From Nitrospirota bacterium (GTDB lineage: Bacteria > Nitrospirota > Thermodesulfovibrionia > Thermodesulfovibrionales > Dissulfurispiraceae), in the NCBI GenBank assembly GCA_040758355.1, contig JBFLWF010000050.1:1-13169 (forward strand): DNA of 13,169 nt. Direction: 5' to 3'. Below are positions 1 to 6,500 of this stretch, piece after piece. A program made the translations under genes and the position numbers. The notes below the pieces were generated by a model. That model did no database searches, was not told the DNA's origin, and saw only the letters and a list, made by a program, of their open reading frames with translations. Each line of letters starts with the position of its first letter. Position 1 is the stretch's first letter.

Positions 1-53
1 GACTTGAAGCCGCGTTGTTTGAGGTTATTATGTGCTGTAGTTGCGGTTTGCAT
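1..53 (-). CDS. 5' fragment of an ORF, possibly the N-terminus of the IS transposase (MQTATTAHNNLKQRGFK..., runs off the window)
   Basis: ATG at 53..51, preceded by CAAGGCA and open to the window edge. It lies about 70 bp inside the putative IS end. No diagnostic motif in the 17 visible codons. Confidence 0.3.
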   Translation of the reverse strand, partial: MQTATTAHNNLKQRGFK

Positions 54-67
54 TGCCTTGTTGTCTG

Positions 68-96
68 ATTTGCCCAGTTTGTTAACTCCTTGTCAA
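68..96 (-). promoter_or_regulatory. Candidate sigma70 promoter inside the putative IS end
   Basis: Perfect -35 TTGACA (96..91), 17-bp spacer, then a weak -10 GCAAAT (73..68) preceded by TGn. It points towards the ATG at 53. Confidence 0.25.
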
Positions 97-1058
97 AAAC
101 TATTCGCTGTTATTGAACAGCCTTTATATGAGGCAAGTCCGTGAACAGTCCCGGCTACAGGAGAGCAGAGCCTTTCGAGATCATATCGCTTCTTTGCCTT
201 TACAACCTCTCCTTCGATGGCAGTAATGCTCTTTTCCCTGTCTACGATATCGCTGAGTATTCCCTTCTCCCTCTCTTTTTTAATGGCATCGAGATTTTTC
301 CGCGCCTCTTCAAGGCTGTCCTTCGCCTGCTTTACTATCCTCTTCTGCGCCTCCATCTCCTGCTCGGCAGAATGAAATTCCATCTGCTTGTTAAGCAGAT
401 CCATTTTAGATATGTATTCGTGCTTATAAAGATTTCTATATGCTATTTCCTGCTCCTTTAATATCGCATGTGTTTTTTCAAGTTTTATTAAAATTGCCTC
501 TGCTGCAAGAAGTGCATTTTCCCTCTGGGAAATAATGAGCCGCAGCGCATCTTCCCTTGCCTTATATTCCGACTCCCTCGCCTCTTTAAGTTTCGTCTGC
601 AATGCAAAGATACCTTTTGTCTTTCGCCTTTTGCTGATTGCTGACGGCTGATTGCTGATAGCTGATTCCTCACCATTCAGCTCCTCCATCAATCTTTCCT
701 TATCAGTTACATGAATCGACAATGCCTTTGCAGTGCTTTCAACATCCGCCTGTTTGATTGTCGGGTCAAGCTCTATGAGGATCTGTCCCTTTTTGACCTG
801 CTGCCCTTCCTGCACATGGATTGCCCTTATCACGCCTGTCTCCATGGGCTGTATGACCTTCACCCTTCCGTCAGGGATCACCTTTCCCCTTGCCACTGCG
901 ACTTCATCGACCTTGCCGAAATACGACCAGATAAATGATAGAAATACCATTCCAAAAATCATCCATATCAATATCCTCTTAACAGGAGAAGGAGGCGTAT
1001 CCTCTATCTCAAGGGCATGAGGCAGGAATTCGTACTCCAGATTGTCGTTCTTAAACAT
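93..1058 (-). pseudogene. hlyD: HlyD-family T1SS membrane fusion protein, C-terminally truncated/interrupted
   Basis: N-terminal EFLPHALEIEDTPPSP plus a transmembrane segment, then VDEVAVARGKVIPDGRVKVIQPMETGVIRAIHVQEGQQVKKGQILIELD, a long coiled coil, and SPVAGTV. The expected continuation (T.GGVV... and the C-terminal beta-barrel) is replaced by KGCSITANSF*. It is 321 aa, whereas family members are usually well over 400 aa. Confidence 0.85.
613..667. repeat. Composite heptamer array inside hlyD (family B x3 plus family A x5)
   Basis: CCTTTTG TCTTTCG CCTTTTG (613-633) runs into GCTGATT GCTGACG GCTGATT GCTGATA GCTGATT (633-667). It encodes ESAISNQPSAISKRRKTKG. Confidence 0.9.
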
Positions 1059-1117
1059 AGCTGTTAGTTTTCAGCATTCAGCGGTCAGCTTTTCCTGATG
1101 GCTGACGGCTGATAGCT
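1059..1117. repeat. Intergenic inverted heptamer array (family A), predicted hairpin
   Basis: Left arm AGCTGTT AGTTTTC AGCATTC AGCGGTC AGC (1059-1089) faces right arm CTGATG GCTGACG GCTGATA GCT (1095-1117). The array fills the whole hlyB-hlyD spacer. Confidence 0.9.
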
Positions 1118-3396
1118 TATTCCCCCCTTTCCTGCTGGCTGTATAAATAATGATAAAGCCCCTTTTGCGCCATCAGTTCCTCATGACTCCCTGCTTCTAT
1201 AAGCTCGCCTTTATCTATAACCAATATCCTCTGTGCATCTCTCAGTGTGGATAGCCTGTGGGCTATGATAATCACTGTCCTTCCCTGGCATATCTTTCTG
1301 AGGTTCCTCTGTATAATGCTCTCGGATTCATAATCGAGTGCAGATGTCGCCTCGTCAAATATCAAAAGCCTCGGGTTCGTCAGGAGCGACCTTGCTATGG
1401 CAATCCTCTGCCTCTGCCCTCCTGAAAGTGCCGTTCCCTTTTCTCCAACCATTGTGTCATACCCTTCGGGAAGTTCGAGTATAAAGTCATGCGCGCCTGC
1501 CAGTTGCGCAACCCTTACAATATCCGACATGGAAGCCGATGGATAATGGATTGCTATGTTGTCCCTCACGCTCCCGTTGAAAAGAAAATTCTCCTGAAGA
1601 ACAACCCCTATCTGCCTCCTGAGCCATGCAGGGTCTGCTAAGGAAATATCAACTCCGTCGATGAGTATCCTGCCAGATTCAGGGATATAAAGCCTCTGAA
1701 TGAGTTTTGTCACAGTGCTTTTTCCTGAGCCGCTCCTTCCTACAATCCCTACTGTCATGCCCGGCTGTATGTCAAATGCAATATTTCTCAACACCTCGGG
1801 ACCATCCACTCTATATCTGAATCTCACGCCTTCGAGCCTTACATTTCCTTTTATGGCAGGAAGCCTTGCCTTTGCCGAGTCCATTGCAGGCTCAGGCTTT
1901 GCATTGAATATATCGCCGAGCCTCTTTATGGAAAGCCCTGCCTGCTGGAATTCCTGCCACATCTGCACAAGCCTCAGCACAGGGTCGCTCACCCTTGCAG
2001 AAAGCATCTGAAATGCTATGAGCTGACCCACTGTAAGATTGCCGTCCATCACAAGATGCGCTCCGACCCACAGGATTAATAGATAAGATGACCTGTGTAT
2101 GAACTGTCCTATTGCACCCGCACTTCCTGACAATTGATATGTCTTGAAACTCGCCCTTATATAATCCGAAAGAAGACCTTCCCACTTTTTCTGCACCTGC
2201 GGCTCGAGGGCAAATGACTTTACTGTCTGCACGCCACCGACTGCCTCCACCAGATATGATTGTGCATCAGCCCCTTTGTTGAACCTCTCATCGAGCCTGT
2301 GTCTGAGCATCGGTGTTACAAATGCAGACAGCCCTGCAAAAAGCGGCAAGGCAGCAAGTGCGACAAATGTCAATTTCACGCTGTAAAAGAGCATAACTGC
2401 TATAAACACCACCATGAACATCACATCGAGCACAGATGTGAGAGGCGCTCCTGTGAGGAATTGCCTTATGTTTTCGAGCTCCCTCACCCTCGCAACCGTA
2501 TCACCGACCCTCCTGACCTCAAAATATCTTAAAGGCAGCGCAAAGAGGTGTTTGAACAATTTTGTTCCGAGGGTAACGTCTATCCTGCTTGTTGTATGAG
2601 TGAACACATAAGTCCTCAATATGCTCAGGATTGCTTCGAACAGGGCTATAGCCGCAAGACCTATGGCAAGGACGTCCAGAGTAGTTATTCCCCTGTGGAC
2701 CAAGACCTTATCGATAATTACCTGCGTGAATATGGGTGTGACAAGTCCGAATATCTGAAGGACTAATGATGCAATCAATACCTCTGAAAGCGGGCCCCTG
2801 TATTTCCATATCGCAGGGATAAACCACTTTATGCCAAAACCTTCCCCGGAAAACGATTTCAATCCCCTGAGTGCAAAAAGGATTATTTTCCCTTCCACCT
2901 TTTGCCCCTTGCCATTTGTCCCTTGCCTATTGCCACCCCACAGGGATATAAATTCATCTTTGTTGATTACTCTTGGTTTGCCTTCAGATGGATTCAGTAT
3001 CAACACCTTCTCAGCCTCTGCCTTTGCGAGGATAACGTATTCCCCTTCGCTGTTTGCTGAAGGCTGATCGCTTGCTGTTTCTTCTTCGTCTTTGCCTTTG
3101 CTGAAAGCTGACGGCTGATTGCCGATAGCTATCTCCACTATTGCCGGCAGTTGAAGTCTCTGAAGCCTTTCATATTCCACATTCACTGCCTTTGCCTTAA
3201 GCCCCATATCCTTTGCTGCCCTTAAGATGTCAATTGTCCCGGCGCCGTCATTTCCAATAGCATAGGCATGCCTTATCTGCTCGGCGTCTGCAGCAATGCC
3301 GTGATATTGCGCTATCATCACGAGGCAGGATAAACCGGTGTCAAGTTTAGGTTTTTGAGAATCAACGTTTATATTTTCTTCTGTTGTTTTATTCAT
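1117..3396 (-). CDS. hlyB: T1SS permease/ATPase (HlyB family) with an N-terminal inactive C39-like domain
   Basis: 759 aa. CLD start DTGLSCLVMIAQYHG. TMD motifs FGIKWFIPAIWKYR, TPIFTQVIIDKVLVHRG and RRVGDTVARVRELENIRQFLTG. Walker A GRSGSGKS, signature LSGGQRQR, Walker B LIFDEATSALD, H-loop IAHRL. Confidence 0.97.
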   Translation of the reverse strand: MNKTTEENINVDSQKPKLDTGLSCLVMIAQYHGIAADAEQIRHAYAIGNDGAGTIDILRAAKDMGLKAKAVNVEYERLQRLQLPAIVEIAIGNQPSAFSKGKDEEETASDQPSANSEGEYVILAKAEAEKVLILNPSEGKPRVINKDEFISLWGGNRQGTNGKGQKVEGKIILFALRGLKSFSGEGFGIKWFIPAIWKYRGPLSEVLIASLVLQIFGLVTPIFTQVIIDKVLVHRGITTLDVLAIGLAAIALFEAILSILRTYVFTHTTSRIDVTLGTKLFKHLFALPLRYFEVRRVGDTVARVRELENIRQFLTGAPLTSVLDVMFMVVFIAVMLFYSVKLTFVALAALPLFAGLSAFVTPMLRHRLDERFNKGADAQSYLVEAVGGVQTVKSFALEPQVQKKWEGLLSDYIRASFKTYQLSGSAGAIGQFIHRSSYLLILWVGAHLVMDGNLTVGQLIAFQMLSARVSDPVLRLVQMWQEFQQAGLSIKRLGDIFNAKPEPAMDSAKARLPAIKGNVRLEGVRFRYRVDGPEVLRNIAFDIQPGMTVGIVGRSGSGKSTVTKLIQRLYIPESGRILIDGVDISLADPAWLRRQIGVVLQENFLFNGSVRDNIAIHYPSASMSDIVRVAQLAGAHDFILELPEGYDTMVGEKGTALSGGQRQRIAIARSLLTNPRLLIFDEATSALDYESESIIQRNLRKICQGRTVIIIAHRLSTLRDAQRILVIDKGELIEAGSHEELMAQKGLYHYLYSQQERGE
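2891..2934. repeat. Heptamer array (family B) in frame inside hlyB
   Basis: CCTTCCA CCTTTTG CCCCTTG CCATTTG TCCCTTG CCTATTG CC, encoding GNRQGTNGKGQKVEG. Confidence 0.85.
3049..3130. repeat. Two heptamer blocks (family A) in frame inside hlyB
   Basis: GCTGTTT GCTGAAG GCTGATC GCT (3049-3072) and GCTGAAA GCTGACG GCTGATT GCCGATA GCT (3100-3130). The region encodes AIGNQPSAFSKGKDEEETASDQPSANS. Confidence 0.9.
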
Positions 3397-3407
3397 AGCA
3401 ATGGTTT

Positions 3408-3559
3408 AGCCTTCAGCTATCAGCCATCAGCCTTCAGCTTTCAGGGTTTATTTTTTGCTGACTACTGACACCTGATAGCTTTTACCCTGACGGCTGATTG
3501 CTGATCTTTCTAATATTTTTCATCCTTTCCTGACGGCTGATTGCTGATCGCTGACAGCT
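3408..3559. repeat. Intergenic heptamer arrays (family A): one TCAGC-type arm and three GCTGA-type blocks
   Basis: AGCCTTC AGCTATC AGCCATC AGCCTTC AGCTTTC AG (3408-3444) and GCTGACT ACTGACA CCTGATA GCT (3457-3480). CCTGACGGCTGATTGCTGATC occurs exactly twice (3486-3506, 3529-3549), the second followed by GCTGACA GCT up to the RTX stop codon. Confidence 0.92.
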
Positions 3560-6500
3560 TATCTATTCCCCTCCCAATATTGCACTAAAATCTGGTTCAC
3601 CTCCTGCGGCTTCTGCTGTATCGCATCGCTCCAGCTTATGCCGTTGTTTGTTGTGAATGTAGCCATTGCCTGAATGAGCTGATCAACTTGCCTGTCATGC
3701 AGATGCCTCCCATCTGTTGTCCTGAATTCGTCAATAAGAAATTCCTTATCATCCCTTTCGCGTCTTCTGCCCTTGCCGTTTTCATCCCGCCAGTTCCAGT
3801 CTTCTATGGTGATTTTATCTGCGCCTCCGTTGATTATGACTTCGAGGTTATCTCCTGAGCGTGAGAAGATCAGGTCGAGGGGATTGACATCGAACTTTAA
3901 TCTGTCTTCATGCCCTTCATGACCGTCGTCCTCACATTTGAATGCTGACTGCTGATAGCTCTTTATTGTGTCGTGCCCGTCTCCACGATTGAAGATGACA
4001 GTATCTTTGCCTTTGCCTGCGTATATGATGTCGTCTCCTTTTCCTCCTATCAGGGTGTCTTTTCCTTTTCCGCCGTAAAGGATATCGTTTCCATTTCCGC
4101 CGTCGAGGAGATCGTTGCCCTTGTCGCCATAAAGCGTATCGTTGCCCTGTTCACCGTAGAGTTTGTCATTGCCCTTTTCTCCGAATATGGTGTCATTGCT
4201 CAGTCCGGCATAAACAGTGTCGCCGCCCTTGCCTGCATAGATGGTGTCGTCATGCCTTCCAGTGCGGATAATATCGCTTTTCTTCGTGCCGTAGGTGGTT
4301 TTCTGTTGGATGATGAGGTCATCCATACTGAAGCTGCTTCCGTCTGCAAAGCCGATTGTTTCAACAGGAATTGTTCCGTCAGGCTTCAGAGTTATATCAA
4401 TGCCCTGAGTTGTTTCGTTGCCTTCGATATCGAGGAGACGCAGATGTGCAACTCCCTGCTGTATGCGGATGATTGTATGGTCAAAGTCGATGCCTGAGCC
4501 CATTTGAAGGGTGTCTGCGCCTGATATATCATCAATACTGTCGAGGCCGTCGCCGATGTTATATATGTAGGTATCATCTCCTGTACCGCCATTCAGAATA
4601 TCGTTGCCGATATTACCTTGCAGTACATCATTACCGTCTCCGGCGTTAATAATGTCATTGCCTTCAAATGTGGTAATTCTATCAACCACATTGGTGCCGT
4701 TTATGATATCATCACCTGTTGTGCCTGTGAGGTCGAAACCCTTTGCAATCAACTGATTGTACGATAGTGTTGTCCCATCGGCGAATTTGAAGGTTTCTAT
4801 GGCGTGTGTTCCGTAAGCATCATCTGGATTGAAATTTTCTATATGGATCTCATCACCCTCATTTCCAACTTTGATGAGCAGAGAACCGAGGCTCAGGCTC
4901 AATGAATCAGGGGTTATACCTGTTCCAAAGACCAGTGTGTTGCCTTCTGTAGCAGTGGCAGTATCATTGATTCTGTCTATGCCGTCGCCGATGTTATAGA
5001 TATAAGTGTCGTCTCCTGCGCCTCCGTTTAGGGTATCATTTCCAATACCTCCATTGATGGTGTCGTTGCCTCCGTCCGTGTTTACAATGTCGTTTCCGCC
5101 TTTGGCATTGATAACATCATTGCCTGCACCTGTGTTGATGACATCGTCTCCCTCTGTGCCGGGGTCGAGAAGGTCTCTGAGTGCAACTTGCGTTCCATCG
5201 CTGAATTCGATTGTGCGGATGTTGGGATTGTCAGGATTAAAGTCGAGGATATTGATTGCATCCCCATCTGTTCCTATTTCTATTGTAAGAATGCCTTCAG
5301 CCTCTACCCTTTCACCTTTTACCTTTAAACCTTCCTTAGTTATCCCCTCACCAAACACTATTAGATTGCCTTCGGTTTCTGTGGCTGTGTCCTGAATGGT
5401 GTCTACACCGTCACCGAGGTTAAAGACGTATGTATCGCTGCCCTCGCCGCCGATAAGCTCGTCATTGCCTGTGCCGCCGGTTAATGTATCATTGCCGCCT
5501 TTGCCTTCCAGTCTGTCAAAACCTTCATATCCGTACAATCTATCCGTTACATTTGTTCCTTTAAGCGCATCATCTCCAAAGTCGCCCTGCACAATGAAGG
5601 TATTCCGCACCAGCTCTCTATAGCTGATAGTTGTGCCATCAGAAAATTTGAACATCTCAACTGCATGGGAGCCGAGGTCTGCATCGTCAGGATCAAAGCC
5701 TGTAAGATGCACTTCATCGCCTTCTCTGCCTACACGGATTATCAGTTTTCCATCCCTATAGGTCATGGAGTTTCTCATATCTTCAATGGTAATGCCCTCA
5801 CCAAAGATTAGTGTATTGCCTGCTGATGATGTTGCAGCATCGTCTATTAAATCAATTCCATCACCTTTATTAAACAGATAAGTATCATCTCCTTCTCCAC
5901 CTGTTAAAGTATCATTGCCGGAACCACCTGAGAGCGTATCGTTACCTGAATTGCCGATAATGTGGTCAGTGACAGCAGTACCGATTAAAGTATCATCACC
6001 TGCGGTCCCTGTGATATCAAAGCCCTTGTCAATCAACTCACTGTAGGTAAGCACAGTGCCGTCCGAAAACTGGAAGTATTCAACAGCGTGCGGGCCATAG
6101 GGATCATCGGAATTAAAGTTCGTAAGTTCCACCCTATCGCCTATTGCCCCTTGCCCATCGCCTATATTTATAATCAGGGTCTTTGCGTCAGGGTCATGGC
6201 TTAAAGTAATATCTGAAAGCTTGATGCCCTGTCCAAAAATCAGGGTATTAGACTGGCCCGGAAGCGATTCATCACTAATGGTGTCAACACCATCTCCGGG
6301 ATTGAACACATAGGTATCATCCCCTGAACCACCTGTCAATACATCGTTTCCGGTACCGCCTCTGAATGTATCATTGGCACTGGTTCCAGTGAGTGTATCA
6401 TTGTTAGTGGTGCCAGTGAAATTGAAGCCTAAACCAATAAGGTCATCATAGCTCAGGATTGTACCATCAGCAAATCCAAAGGTCTCTACTATATGTGAGC

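Larger units (their letters stand above)
1..124 (-). mobile_element. Putative IS element end inserted into hlyD (IS5/IS1182-like terminus; element runs off the window)
   Basis: HlyD homology stops abruptly after ...SPVAGTVHGLASY. On the minus strand it is followed by (AA)GGCTGTTCAATAAC (122..109), which resembles GGC-starting IS terminal inverted repeats. Then come a TTGACA hexamer (96..91) and an ATG-started ORF (53..<1). The other end of the element and any target duplication are not visible. Confidence 0.5.

Noticed and set aside
1..144. Open plus-strand frame 1 (DLKPRCLRLL...) as a transposase C-terminus
   Set aside because: It has no recognisable motif, and the -35 hexamer and ATG on the minus strand fit an element start better. 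It cannot be fully excluded.
3300..3345. HlyB N-terminus as an active C39 peptidase (bacteriocin-type exporter)
   Set aside because: The catalytic Cys position is Thr (DTG), the His is absent, and the neighbouring substrate is an RTX protein with a C-terminal signal.
3408..3480. Intrinsic terminator between the RTX gene and hlyB
   Set aside because: On the coding (minus) strand the hairpin is not followed by a U-tract, and the stem is interrupted every 7 nt, so it is reported as a repeat only.
3486..3549. Two exact 21-bp repeats separated by a 22-bp spacer, resembling a mini CRISPR array
   Set aside because: There are only two copies, the repeat is itself three heptamer units found elsewhere in the window, and no cas genes or leader are present.
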